A stretch of 64,000 nucleotides of DNA from Clostridia bacterium (GCA_021202395.1 JAJQDC010000044.1:137-64136); one strand, 5' to 3'. Shown: positions 9,617 through 18,973, counted from the first letter of the stretch. Notes: generated by a model from the letters alone, not told the origin. A program made the numbers and translations.

Positions 9617-11155
9617 TTACCCGATTGAAATATTGCCGCAGTTCTTTTTAATTATTGTATCGCCTTCTACGCCTTCAAACGTAACGTTTTTAAGCGTAAC
9701 CGACTTTACGTTGTCTATATAAATGCCTTCTTTGCAGTAGTCGCGTACAAATTCAAGCATAGCGGGCTTTGCGGGCTTAGCGTCTGCCTTAAAGCCGAAA
9801 TGCACGTTTTCTAACGTAATGCTGCCTATGGGCTGTTCTACAAGCCCGTCAAAGTAAGCGCACATACACTCGCAGTCTTCGCAGTCTATATCCTTAAACA
9901 GGAACTCGCCTATGTAGGGCGTGGTGTCGTCTACAGGTTTGGCTTCACGCGACCATACCGCTTCGGTATGCCCGTCGGGGTCGCAGAAGTAGTACATGTT
10001 TACCACAAGGGGCGTTATTACGTTTTCCATCTTGATATTTTCAAACTTAACGCCGTCTATTATAGCTTCCTTGCCCCTGCCGCGGCGCGTTTTGATACGC
10101 AGCCCCCTGTCGGTATGGCGGAAAAGGCACTGGCTTACGGTAAGGTTTTTTATACCGCCGCTCATCTCGCTGCCCAATACTATCGCACCGTGCCCGTCCT
10201 GGAACAGGTTGTTGCGCAGCGTATGGTGGTTAGCCGGCGTGTGGTATGTCTTAGCCATATAAATTTTACCCGCTTTAATTGCAACGCAGTCGTCGCCCAC
10301 GCTGAACACGCAGCCGACTATATCTACCTTGTCGCAGCTTTCGGGGTCAAGCCCGTCGGTATTGGGGCCTGTATAAGGGTTCTGTACTTTTACGTCGTAG
10401 AACCCAAGGTTATCAGAAAAGAAGGGATGCAGGTTCCACGCACCTGAATTTTTGCAGGTTACGCCGTGGAATACTACGTTGTTGCACTGGTTTAAAAATA
10501 CCAGGCGGGGGCGGGCAACCTTCCTGCCCTTGGGCGTAGCCCACCACGTAGAGTTATCTGCATTGCCGTTTATCGTGCCTTCGCCGACAATTTTTATATT
10601 TTTCTGGCGGAAGGCAGAAACAAAAGACTGGTGGCAATCCCAGGGATCCCCCTCCCACGAAGCCATTACAACTTCTTTGCCGCCTTCGTATATACGTGCG
10701 GGGATGTAGGGGTAATCTTCTTCTTTAACGCTGCCAAGAAGGGTTGCACCCTTGGCAAGTTCAAGCGTTATATCGCTCTTTAAAACAATGGGGCGGGTAT
10801 AGTATGTACCTGCGGGGACATACACCCTGCCGCCTGCGGGGCAGCTGTCTATAGCCATCTGGATGTAGTAAGTATCGTCCGTTACGCCGTCTCCCTTTGC
10901 GCCCAATGCTTTTAAATCTACTACTGCAGATTCCTTTTCCGTATGGAAATAAAGCGAGCTGTCTTCGCAGGATACGGTAACTACATATTCCGTATCAGGC
11001 GTAAGGTTGAATAAAGAGAATACGTTTGCATCCGATTCAGCGGCTTTTTCGCCGTTTAAAAACACGGTGTATTTGCCGCAGGGGTTGTAATAGGGGTTGG
11101 TATTGTCAAATTCAAAGCACGCCGACGTGCCTGAAGCAAAAAGTTTTTTAAGCAT
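9617..11155 (-). CDS. Polygalacturonase (GH28), intact copy
   Basis: 512 aa. All four GH28 signature blocks are present: GPNTDGLDPE, GDDCVAIKAG, GHGAIVLGSE and RGLRIKTRRGRG. No signal peptide was seen. The ATG overlaps the stop of the upstream gene by 8 nt. Confidence 0.85.
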   Translation of the reverse strand: MLKKLFASGTSACFEFDNTNPYYNPCGKYTVFLNGEKAAESDANVFSLFNLTPDTEYVVTVSCEDSSLYFHTEKESAVVDLKALGAKGDGVTDDTYYIQMAIDSCPAGGRVYVPAGTYYTRPIVLKSDITLELAKGATLLGSVKEEDYPYIPARIYEGGKEVVMASWEGDPWDCHQSFVSAFRQKNIKIVGEGTINGNADNSTWWATPKGRKVARPRLVFLNQCNNVVFHGVTCKNSGAWNLHPFFSDNLGFYDVKVQNPYTGPNTDGLDPESCDKVDIVGCVFSVGDDCVAIKAGKIYMAKTYHTPANHHTLRNNLFQDGHGAIVLGSEMSGGIKNLTVSQCLFRHTDRGLRIKTRRGRGKEAIIDGVKFENIKMENVITPLVVNMYYFCDPDGHTEAVWSREAKPVDDTTPYIGEFLFKDIDCEDCECMCAYFDGLVEQPIGSITLENVHFGFKADAKPAKPAMLEFVRDYCKEGIYIDNVKSVTLKNVTFEGVEGDTIIKKNCGNISIG

Positions 11156-11909
11156 TTTCCACCTCGCTCACTTTCTTTTCCTTCACTTTTTTTATTAATT
11201 TTTTTATTAAAAAGACTATCAGGTCTTTTATGCCGATAAAAATCATATCTACTATCAGGCAGAACACGCCGAACAAAAGCGGCTCTACGCCTGCGTAAAT
11301 TCCGATTATGTCGAGCAAATAATACATTGCCCCGACAAAGAAAACAACTACCAGATAGTAAATTATATTGGTAAGGATAGTCCAGAACTGCTTGAACGGG
11401 AAGGGAAACATCATATAATTGTTAAATTCCTTCTTGTCCGATTCCATCATTCTGAAAATGGGGTTGACCATGCAGTCTACTATAATACCCATAACCACGC
11501 CGCAGATGAAGTACAAATCTAACGTAGCGGCATCAGACAGATCTCCGCTGTCGTCTACAAACAATGCACCGATTGCCATAAATACAAAGTAGCACACAAC
11601 GCCAAAGAACCAGAATTTTATAAATGAAGCGCTCAGCCACTTAGGTATGCGTGAAAGTTTATCGCGCTTGTACGGGTCAAATTCCTTCTTCTTTTTAGAT
11701 CTTTTTTTGTGTTTGCCGTCTTCGTCTACATCGTCTTCTTCGCCCGTTATTTCGGCGATGTTCATTGTAGGCACGGGTGTGGTTTCGTCTGCCTCCCCTT
11801 TTAAGGCGGCAACGAGCTCATCCATCTCTTTGGTTTTTAAGTCGTAAAAGTCTTCTATATTAGTTTCTTTGGGTTTGGGTTTGTAGTTACTCTTATTCTT
11901 TTTAGCCAT
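11148..11909 (-). CDS. Small 4-TM membrane protein (253 aa), uncharacterised
   Basis: Long charged N-terminus (K/E/D-rich), then four hydrophobic helices and the acidic C-terminal tail KKVSEVENA. Translationally coupled to GH28. Confidence 0.6.
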   Translation of the reverse strand: MAKKNKSNYKPKPKETNIEDFYDLKTKEMDELVAALKGEADETTPVPTMNIAEITGEEDDVDEDGKHKKRSKKKKEFDPYKRDKLSRIPKWLSASFIKFWFFGVVCYFVFMAIGALFVDDSGDLSDAATLDLYFICGVVMGIIVDCMVNPIFRMMESDKKEFNNYMMFPFPFKQFWTILTNIIYYLVVVFFVGAMYYLLDIIGIYAGVEPLLFGVFCLIVDMIFIGIKDLIVFLIKKLIKKVKEKKVSEVENA

Positions 11910-11927
11910 TTTGTTCCTTTTTTAAAA

Positions 11928-11957
11928 ATAACCGACAAAAATTAATTTGCCGGTTAT
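11928..11957 (-). terminator. Intra-operon hairpin (possible attenuator or partial terminator)
   Basis: On the minus strand: ataaccg-N16-cggttat followed by ttttaaaaaa. It lies in the 89-nt gap between the 209-aa and 253-aa genes. An identical copy is at 32110..32139. Confidence 0.35.
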
Positions 11958-11998
11958 TATCAAATGTAATTTACTATCGGCATTGAAAAACAATGCTA

Positions 11999-12628
11999 TT
12001 AATCTGCATCCTGCAAGTCGATTTCGCCAACGTTGCCGGCAGCAGATTCTACTTCTTTCCTTGTGTTGATCTTCATAAGAAGTTTTCTCCACAAAGGTAA
12101 TGTTGCAAGAAGAACTGCGCCAATAGCAAGCAATACTATATGTACTATAGCGATTGCAAGCGAAGCGGTATCTGCACTGGCATAAGGCAATTTAGAAACA
12201 TCGTTTATCGCTCTTAATCCTGTGATTTCGTTATAGAAAACTATATCAAAGAATATAAGCATTGCGGTAAATACGTATGTTACTACCATCATGGGTATAC
12301 TTGCTTTTTTGTGCTTGGGGAATATACGCATATAAGCTACTATTGCAAGTAACGAAAACAGCGTGCATCCGAATACGCAAAGAGCAGACCATGTCTGGTC
12401 GTTACCATAGTTCTGTGTAACGCATTTAGAAAAATTGGTAAGCGCTACAAGGTAAACTACGCAGGCAACTAAATAGAAAACAAACGGAATGTTCTGAGGT
12501 TTTCTTTTAAGGTTAACTGTTTGTTTGCGGAGCCACTCCTTAAAACCGCCTTTAGACTTCTTTACCTTTGCGGGCTTTGCTTCGGGCTGTTCAACTTCGG
12601 GCTGCAATACATTTTCATTTTCTGCCAT
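11999..12628 (-). CDS. Small 4-TM membrane protein (209 aa), uncharacterised
   Basis: Basic N-terminus, four hydrophobic helices and the acidic tail GEIDLQDAD. RBS ggtgaggtg. Starts 8 nt after the ATPase stop. Confidence 0.6.
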   Translation of the reverse strand: MAENENVLQPEVEQPEAKPAKVKKSKGGFKEWLRKQTVNLKRKPQNIPFVFYLVACVVYLVALTNFSKCVTQNYGNDQTWSALCVFGCTLFSLLAIVAYMRIFPKHKKASIPMMVVTYVFTAMLIFFDIVFYNEITGLRAINDVSKLPYASADTASLAIAIVHIVLLAIGAVLLATLPLWRKLLMKINTRKEVESAAGNVGEIDLQDAD

Positions 12629-12636
12629 AATTCACC

Positions 12637-13701
12637 TCACCTTATCGCCTGTGTAGTTTCTTTATCAAAGAAGTGCATTCTGTCAGATTCGAAACCGATT
12701 GTGATTTCGTCGCCGTACTTGTAATGGCACCACTCAGGGAACTTGCAGACAACTATTTTTCCGTTGATTTTGCCGTGAACCAGGGTATTCATACCAAGGT
12801 TTTCGTTGTTGTCAACTTTAAGGGGAACGTTACCTTCGCGCGTGATATTTTCGGGGCGGACGCCAAGAATTACTTCTTTGCCTTCGTATTCCTGTAAAAG
12901 GGTTTGCTGCTCTTCGGTTAAAGGATATTCAAACCATTCAGATACGAATTTGTCGCCTTCTACCTTGCCTTCTATCATGTTCATGGGGGGTAAGCCTATG
13001 AATGTAGCAACAAAGGTATTTGCGGGGTAATCGTACAGCTCTATGGGTTTACCAATCTGCTGAACATGCCCCATACTCATGCACACAATCCTGTCGGCAA
13101 GCGTTAAAGCTTCCGTCTGGTCGTGGGTAACGTACATTATCGTTGCGTTAAGCTTTTTGTGTAAAAGCATTATCTCCCTTCTCATAGAGCCGCGCAGCTG
13201 TGCGTCAAGGTTAGAAAGCGGTTCGTCAAACAGGAATACTTTGGGGTTACGTACTATTGCACGGCCCATAGCAACACGCTGGCGCTGGCCGCCTGAAAGC
13301 TGGCGGGGCTTTTTGTTGAGCTGGGGTTTAAGATCAAGGATTTCTGCAGCCGCCATAACTTTGCGGTGGATAACCTCTTTCTTTTCTTTACGAAGGGTAA
13401 GCGAAAATGCCATGTTTTCGTAAATGGTCATATGGCCGTACAGAGCGTAGTTCTGGAAAACCATGGCTATGTCTCTGTCTTTGGGGGGCAGACGGGTGCA
13501 ATCTTTGCCGTCTATTATAAGATTACCGTTAGATATATCTTCAAGCCCCGCTACCATACGGAGTGTAGTAGACTTGCCGCAGCCGGAAGGGCCTACAAGT
13601 ACTATAAGTTCACCGTCGTGAATGTCAAGGTTGAAATCGAATACAGCCTGGACATTGCCGTCGTAAATTTTATCTACGTGCTGGATATTAACTTCAGGCA
13701 T
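12637..13701 (-). CDS. ABC sugar-importer ATP-binding protein (MsmX/MalK-like), copy 1 of paralog A
   Basis: Walker A GPSGCGKST, signature LSGGQRQRVAMGRA, Walker B VFLFDEPLSNLD, H-loop YVTHD, and a C-terminal MalK-type regulatory domain. I moved the start to ATG 13701 (MPEVNIQ, AGGAGGTG RBS) instead of 13731. Confidence 0.85.
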   Translation of the reverse strand: MPEVNIQHVDKIYDGNVQAVFDFNLDIHDGELIVLVGPSGCGKSTTLRMVAGLEDISNGNLIIDGKDCTRLPPKDRDIAMVFQNYALYGHMTIYENMAFSLTLRKEKKEVIHRKVMAAAEILDLKPQLNKKPRQLSGGQRQRVAMGRAIVRNPKVFLFDEPLSNLDAQLRGSMRREIMLLHKKLNATIMYVTHDQTEALTLADRIVCMSMGHVQQIGKPIELYDYPANTFVATFIGLPPMNMIEGKVEGDKFVSEWFEYPLTEEQQTLLQEYEGKEVILGVRPENITREGNVPLKVDNNENLGMNTLVHGKINGKIVVCKFPEWCHYKYGDEITIGFESDRMHFFDKETTQAIR

Positions 13702-14290
13702 TTGCCACCTCCTGTGCGTCCTTTTCGTCAAGGTCCTTTAATGCAGCCTCTACCGAAACGGAACCTTCATCAATGGCTTTGTTGAATTTTTCAAGCTTTC
13801 TTGCGCGGGTGTAACCGAATATAGCAGAAGCTACAAGGCATGCAGCGCTGAGCACAAGGAATATAATCATCACAGCTGAAAATTCACCTTTCTGCATTGT
13901 GTGCCAGAAGAAATATGTATAAATATCGCCGTCTGTTGTTGTTGTGTTTAAAACTTTGATAGGATAATAGAATATCCTTATAATCTGAACTACTGCAAGA
14001 GCCAAAAGCGTAATGCTGTACTTCCAGTTATAAGCTCTAATTCCTTCTTCTGCAAGCATTGTAACAAGTAAGAAGCAAAGGTTTACCACAACGGATATAC
14101 CTATTGTAATTGTATTGAATGCCGTAACGTTTACGCTATAGAATACCATAAAGTATAAACATTCAAACACAAGGCTTAAAAGAGCAAAGTTTGCAGCAGT
14201 TTTGTTGCGCTTATAGCGCATAACGTCTGTCTGAATTATCTGCTCGCTTGTTTCGGGCATAGCAGACATCTGGGAGAGTTTATTTTCCAT
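13694..14290 (-). CDS. Small 4-TM membrane protein (198 aa), uncharacterised
   Basis: Four hydrophobic helices and the acidic tail DEKDAQEVANA. Its stop overlaps the ATPase start (ATGCCTGA). The AGGAGG RBS lies inside the end of the preceding gene. Confidence 0.6.
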   Translation of the reverse strand: MENKLSQMSAMPETSEQIIQTDVMRYKRNKTAANFALLSLVFECLYFMVFYSVNVTAFNTITIGISVVVNLCFLLVTMLAEEGIRAYNWKYSITLLALAVVQIIRIFYYPIKVLNTTTTDGDIYTYFFWHTMQKGEFSAVMIIFLVLSAACLVASAIFGYTRARKLEKFNKAIDEGSVSVEAALKDLDEKDAQEVANA

Positions 14291-14293
14291 AGT

Positions 14294-14893
14294 TTACGCT
14301 ACCTCCTGAACTTCGGATACGTTCTGTCCGTTAGCAAGAAGTTCTTTTTCGCCCTTCATAAGCTTAATTTTCCAGACAAGGTTGTAAGCAAGCGCAGCTG
14401 CGTCTAAAAGCACTATTACCGCAAGCACATAACCAAGATAATAAATTGTCTGGTTGTCGCCGTAAAGCCTTGCAGAACCGTCTGCCCAGTTTGCAAGCCC
14501 ATCCCAGTCAACTTCGGAAAGACCTACCTGAACAGAAGCGGTAAGCGCTATGCAAACAATAGCCCATACTACGCAGTAACCGATTGCTATACCTACCGTA
14601 ATGTAGTTGGATATGTAATAATTGCGCCTTTTGTTACTTGCAAATATGTAACATGCAACTATTACAAGTACAAATATTATTCCCAGCCATAAAAGTATGT
14701 CGTTATAATCTTGTGCCAGCCAATAAACATTTTCTGCACCGTAAGGGTCTTTCTTATTTGAATAAGCAGACGTTACGCGCGCAAGATATGTTATCGCACC
14801 CGTGCAAAAGCCGAAGGCGTATACAATGGTAAGCGCAGCTATAACAAGCGAAACCGTGAATAATATTTTTTGAAACCGCATTTGAGTTTTCAT
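14294..14893 (-). CDS. Small 4-TM membrane protein (199 aa), uncharacterised
   Basis: Four hydrophobic helices and the acidic tail QNVSEVQEVA. There is a 3-nt gap to the next gene. Confidence 0.6.
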   Translation of the reverse strand: MKTQMRFQKILFTVSLVIAALTIVYAFGFCTGAITYLARVTSAYSNKKDPYGAENVYWLAQDYNDILLWLGIIFVLVIVACYIFASNKRRNYYISNYITVGIAIGYCVVWAIVCIALTASVQVGLSEVDWDGLANWADGSARLYGDNQTIYYLGYVLAVIVLLDAAALAYNLVWKIKLMKGEKELLANGQNVSEVQEVA

Positions 14894-14924
14894 ATCATTT
14901 CCCCAAATCGTAATGTTTTACCGT

Positions 14925-14948
14925 GGCGCCCGCCCGCAAGCGGGCGCC
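14925..14948 (-). promoter_or_regulatory. GC-rich hairpin just downstream of the binding-protein gene
   Basis: Perfect 9-bp stem ggcgcccgc pairs with gcgggcgcc, with a 6-nt loop and no adjacent U-tract. Its position matches the mRNA-stabilising or partial-terminator hairpins often found after SBP genes. An identical copy is at 35107..35130. Confidence 0.4.
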
Positions 14949-14993
14949 GCGTAAACATATTTAATTTTTATTATTTTTTTGTAGTTTTAACGA

Positions 14994-17690
14994 TTAGAGC
15001 AAGAAGCTGATATAATCGTCATAGTATCCGCTGATGTCAGCCCATGCTTCCTGCATGTATGCTACATATGTGCTGAGATTGTAAGAGTTATTAAGAAGGT
15101 CTATACAAGCCTGAGCCGTTGCAGGGAGTGTAACTGATTCAAAGTACGTAGGCTGGTAACCATGACCAGATGTAAGGCCGTAGTATGTGATATCAATGTA
15201 GAAGTTGGTTGAGTTGCTTGAGCTTGATGCAAATACGGTGTTATCAAGGTCGTCTGCATTGTTGCTTATCCAGTTTGCAACGTCGTTTGCATAAGGAAGG
15301 GTTGAAGTAACTTCGGTGTACCAGTAGCCCTTGCCGTTATCGGAACCTACCTGCTGATATACGTGAGCGATAGTGCCGTTGGTAAGGCCTGCTGCTACGA
15401 TGCTTGCACCGTTGATACCCTGCTGTGATGTGCACTGATATTCAAATGCCTGCAGTTTGTTACCTATAGGAAGGCAAGCGCCTATCATGTAACGTGCATA
15501 GTTGGTGTAGCTTCTTACGGCTGATTTTGCAAGCTGGCTCTGAGCTGTGCCGTTTACGCTCTTGCCGTAGTAGAATGCAAGGTTAGAATTTGTAACGGTA
15601 GGATACTGTTTGCCCTTGTAGTATGTACCTGTGTAAAGCTTGTTGTTGTAGCAGAAGTACTGAGAAGCATAGTCGCTGTTGATATAGTACTGGCCGCCGA
15701 CCATTGTTGCAACGCTGCTGATGCTTACGTTTGTAACTTCGGTTGCGTACCACCAGCCGTCGTCAGACGTACCTGTGTAATCGGATGTAGCGTCTGTGCA
15801 GTTGTTGGTAGAAGACTGTGTACCAAAGCTCATAAGTATCTGGCCGTCGTTAGAATAGAAGTAATCTACAAATGCAAGAACTGCTGCAAGTTTTTCGGGA
15901 TCGTTTTCTACAGATGCTCTGGGAATAGCTGCTGCAGAAGACTTAACTGAACGCCAGCTTTCGGTGAAGCGCATGTACTTGTAGTCGCCGTCGTAGTCGT
16001 AAGATATACCGTCTACGTTAGCCTTTGTAGATGTGCTGCCGTCATCCCACTTAGAAACGGGTGTAACTATAGGTGCATAGTTGTAACCGTCTTCTATCTG
16101 GCCGGAAGCAAGACCCATATCGGTGAAGCCGCCGGTTGCGGTCTGTGTCTGAACATAGTCATACTGCATTAAAGCTTCGCATGTGCCGGATTTATAGTAA
16201 CTGTTACTATCAGATGCTTTTACGCCTGATGTATCATCTGCGTTGTATAAACCTTCCTGAGTCATCTTGTGCATCTTATCAAGAGCTTCGTAGCTGTCTA
16301 AGTCTGCACGTGCGTTCTGAAGGTCGCCGTTTTCATCTACATAAGTATATGTGTAACGTGATTCAAGGCCGCGCACGCCGTAAAGTTCGCCTGCAAGGTT
16401 GAACATGTTGTTCATACGCTGAGCTGTTGACTGCCTGCCGGTAAGGCCGTATACAAGGGTATTATCGGTATATGTGCCGCCGTTTGAATATGTGTTAAGG
16501 TTGGTTATGTTGTAGCAGCATACGCAGCGCATCATAGCAACCAACAGGTCTACGTCCCATGCAGCGTCATAGCCGTTGAATACGTCTGAACGTGTGCTGT
16601 AGTATGTATTGCCGTTAGAATCAAGATATGCAACGTCTACATAAGCCTGAAGTATGCTGGTGAGCTGTGCGCCCGTAGCTTCGCCGCTTGTAGCGTTGAT
16701 AGCTGCGTTCTGAAGGTCTACGATGTTGCCGCTTGTAAGGTTGCCAACAGTAACGCCTGCAGCGGTAAGGGCTTTGCCGAGTGCAGTTGTGCTGTCATTT
16801 GCAGCTTCAAGAGCTTTGTCGTAGCTAACAGTAATGGTAACTGTTTCGTCTTCATCATCGGGGTCGGTGCTTTCTATCCACCAGCTGCCCGTTGTACCCA
16901 TAAATGATTCGCAGGAAGCTTCGGTAGATGTATAACCGTAACCTGAGTTGTTAACTTTAGCAGCTTTAGCTTCTACCTGGTCTTTGAATGTAAGCGTGTC
17001 AGAAGGCTGTGTGGTGCTGTCAAGTATAACTGACATCCAGTTCTTTTTAGCAAGAACGTAGTCTTCTATATCGTCGTTACCATCAAAGTAAGGCATGTAG
17101 TAGATAGCACCTGTATCAGTATCTGATGTCAGGGACATGTATACGATGGGGTTATCTGTAAGGAACTTTTTAAAGTTGGGCATATAGTCAAGATAGAGCG
17201 AAAGGTCAAGGAACTGATCGCTGCTTGCCGATGCCTGTGTTGTAATGGTGCTTGTGCCGCCGGTTACAACATTGTAGTTGTTCAGCACGCCTGTAGATAA
17301 GTTGGTTGTTATCTGTTCTGTATCAGACATGTTGGTGTAGCTGTCGGTAAGCGTTACGTCAAGCACTTCCTGAAGACCCTGCCATGCGGGTTTGAGTGAG
17401 CCGTTGGAATATTCAACGCCGTCGGGCATTGCTACGGTACCTGTAAAGTTACCTGATGTATAGGCTATGTTTGCAGGCATATCCGTTGCTTTGTAACCTA
17501 CGTTCATGTTAAGTTCTATACCGGAAGTATAGGAAAGGTTGCCGTCATCATCAGTGCTGACTTCAAGTACTTCCTGGCTGGCGGAAAGCACCTTCAGCGT
17601 CCTGGTGTTACATGCTGTAACGCTAAGGCACATAGAGCTTGCCAGCACAAGACTTACTACGGCAATCGCAACTTTTTTTGTCTTGTTCAT
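14994..17690 (-). CDS. Very large extracellular solute-binding lipoprotein of the ABC importer
   Basis: 898 aa. Signal peptide plus lipobox (MCLSVTAC). It directly follows the two permease genes and contains an SBP-like segment, GAIYYMPYFDGNDD. It is far longer than the usual ~450-550-aa LplA-type binding proteins. RBS aaggag. Confidence 0.6.
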   Translation of the reverse strand: MNKTKKVAIAVVSLVLASSMCLSVTACNTRTLKVLSASQEVLEVSTDDDGNLSYTSGIELNMNVGYKATDMPANIAYTSGNFTGTVAMPDGVEYSNGSLKPAWQGLQEVLDVTLTDSYTNMSDTEQITTNLSTGVLNNYNVVTGGTSTITTQASASSDQFLDLSLYLDYMPNFKKFLTDNPIVYMSLTSDTDTGAIYYMPYFDGNDDIEDYVLAKKNWMSVILDSTTQPSDTLTFKDQVEAKAAKVNNSGYGYTSTEASCESFMGTTGSWWIESTDPDDEDETVTITVSYDKALEAANDSTTALGKALTAAGVTVGNLTSGNIVDLQNAAINATSGEATGAQLTSILQAYVDVAYLDSNGNTYYSTRSDVFNGYDAAWDVDLLVAMMRCVCCYNITNLNTYSNGGTYTDNTLVYGLTGRQSTAQRMNNMFNLAGELYGVRGLESRYTYTYVDENGDLQNARADLDSYEALDKMHKMTQEGLYNADDTSGVKASDSNSYYKSGTCEALMQYDYVQTQTATGGFTDMGLASGQIEDGYNYAPIVTPVSKWDDGSTSTKANVDGISYDYDGDYKYMRFTESWRSVKSSAAAIPRASVENDPEKLAAVLAFVDYFYSNDGQILMSFGTQSSTNNCTDATSDYTGTSDDGWWYATEVTNVSISSVATMVGGQYYINSDYASQYFCYNNKLYTGTYYKGKQYPTVTNSNLAFYYGKSVNGTAQSQLAKSAVRSYTNYARYMIGACLPIGNKLQAFEYQCTSQQGINGASIVAAGLTNGTIAHVYQQVGSDNGKGYWYTEVTSTLPYANDVANWISNNADDLDNTVFASSSSNSTNFYIDITYYGLTSGHGYQPTYFESVTLPATAQACIDLLNNSYNLSTYVAYMQEAWADISGYYDDYISFLL

Positions 17691-17774
17691 TTTATTCTCC
17701 TTATTTTTATAAAAATCTTTTTATAATATAAACCCCGAACTTAAGGCTTATATACTGATTGGGTTTTTGGGTGG

Positions 17775-17945
17775 ATAAGGGTTTGCCTTACCCTGTTTGG
17801 CTTCCCCTTGAGGGGAAAGCAAGATTTACTTTTTCGGGTTGGAGATCTCTCCGCTACGGTCGAGATGACAGGCGGGCGTTGCCGCCTGTACAGCCCCGCA
17901 GGGCTGTCATTTCGAGTGGAGCGTAGCGCAATCGAGAAATCTATT
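17775..17945. repeat. Hairpin repeat modules inserted between the permease and binding-protein genes
   Basis: Contains ttggcttccccttgaggggaaagcaag and ggtcgagatgacaggcgggcgttgccgcctgtacagccccgcagggctgtcatttcgag...gagaaatct. These are the same families as at 1765 and 6600. An identical copy is at 37957..38127. Confidence 0.6.
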
Positions 17946-17950
17946 CCTTA

Positions 17951-18958
17951 TTATTCTTTTACACCGCCCATATTTACGCCTTTGGCGAAATACTTCTGGA
18001 TGAAAGGATATACTATAAGTATAGGTACAACCGAGCAAACAACCATCGCATATACAACGCCGTAGGTAGATATTGTTACACCGCCGGCACCGTCGTCGTA
18101 CAGGTTGTTCCAGGATATCATAGCGTCTTCGTTAGCTTCGCCAACAAGGCTGGTATATGTGCTGATGAAGTCGCGGACGAATACCTGAACGGGCCATGAA
18201 TAGCTTTGGTTGTATGCGCCGGACATGATCTTCATCGCCCAGAAGTAGCCGTTCCAACGGGATATTGCAAAGAACAACGTTACGGTTGCTATTGTAGCTC
18301 TACTCATAGGAAGGTAAACTCTTGTAAGAACCTGCATTTCGGTAGCGCCGTCTATACGGGCTGCTTCTTCTATTTCAGAGGGAACTCCTTCAAATGCGTT
18401 TCTTAAAAGAATTATGTTGGTAGCGTTCATACCCATGGCAAGAACTACAACCCATTTAAGGTCTATGCTGTTGGGGTTGCCGCCCTGGCCTGCTATGGTA
18501 GCAAAAATTTCAGCTGTGTCTATATAGTTGTTATATGTAGCAACAACGCCTGCGCCGAACCACATGGTGAACACAAGGAAGAAGTTCCAGCCGTGCCTGC
18601 CAAGCAAGCGCTTTTTGCTGAGTGCATATGCGCCGAGCACCGAATATATAAGGCACCAAACGGTACCTATTACCGTCATGAATATGGTGTTGGAATAGCT
18701 TATCCAGAACTGTGCGCTGCCCCTGCCTGTAAACAGGTACTGGTATGCGGTTATCGTTCCGCCGATAGATAAACTGTTTTTATCCGAACCGATCATGGGT
18801 AAAAGTATTACCGAACCGGTGGTATTCGCTTCGTTAGAGCTGAAGGATGCACCTAATGCGTAAAGGAAGGGATATACGCAAATTACCGCAAATATTATAA
18901 GGAATACGTATGCAATAATTTTGAATATCAGTTCCGATGTCTCCATTTTACGTTTCAT
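17951..18958 (-). CDS. ABC sugar-importer permease (MalG/LplC-type)
   Basis: 335 aa, multi-TM. EAA loop EAARIDGATEMQVLTRVYLPMSRATI. Confidence 0.8.
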   Translation of the reverse strand: MKRKMETSELIFKIIAYVFLIIFAVICVYPFLYALGASFSSNEANTTGSVILLPMIGSDKNSLSIGGTITAYQYLFTGRGSAQFWISYSNTIFMTVIGTVWCLIYSVLGAYALSKKRLLGRHGWNFFLVFTMWFGAGVVATYNNYIDTAEIFATIAGQGGNPNSIDLKWVVVLAMGMNATNIILLRNAFEGVPSEIEEAARIDGATEMQVLTRVYLPMSRATIATVTLFFAISRWNGYFWAMKIMSGAYNQSYSWPVQVFVRDFISTYTSLVGEANEDAMISWNNLYDDGAGGVTISTYGVVYAMVVCSVVPILIVYPFIQKYFAKGVNMGGVKE

Positions 18959-18973
18959 ACATCAAATTCCCCC

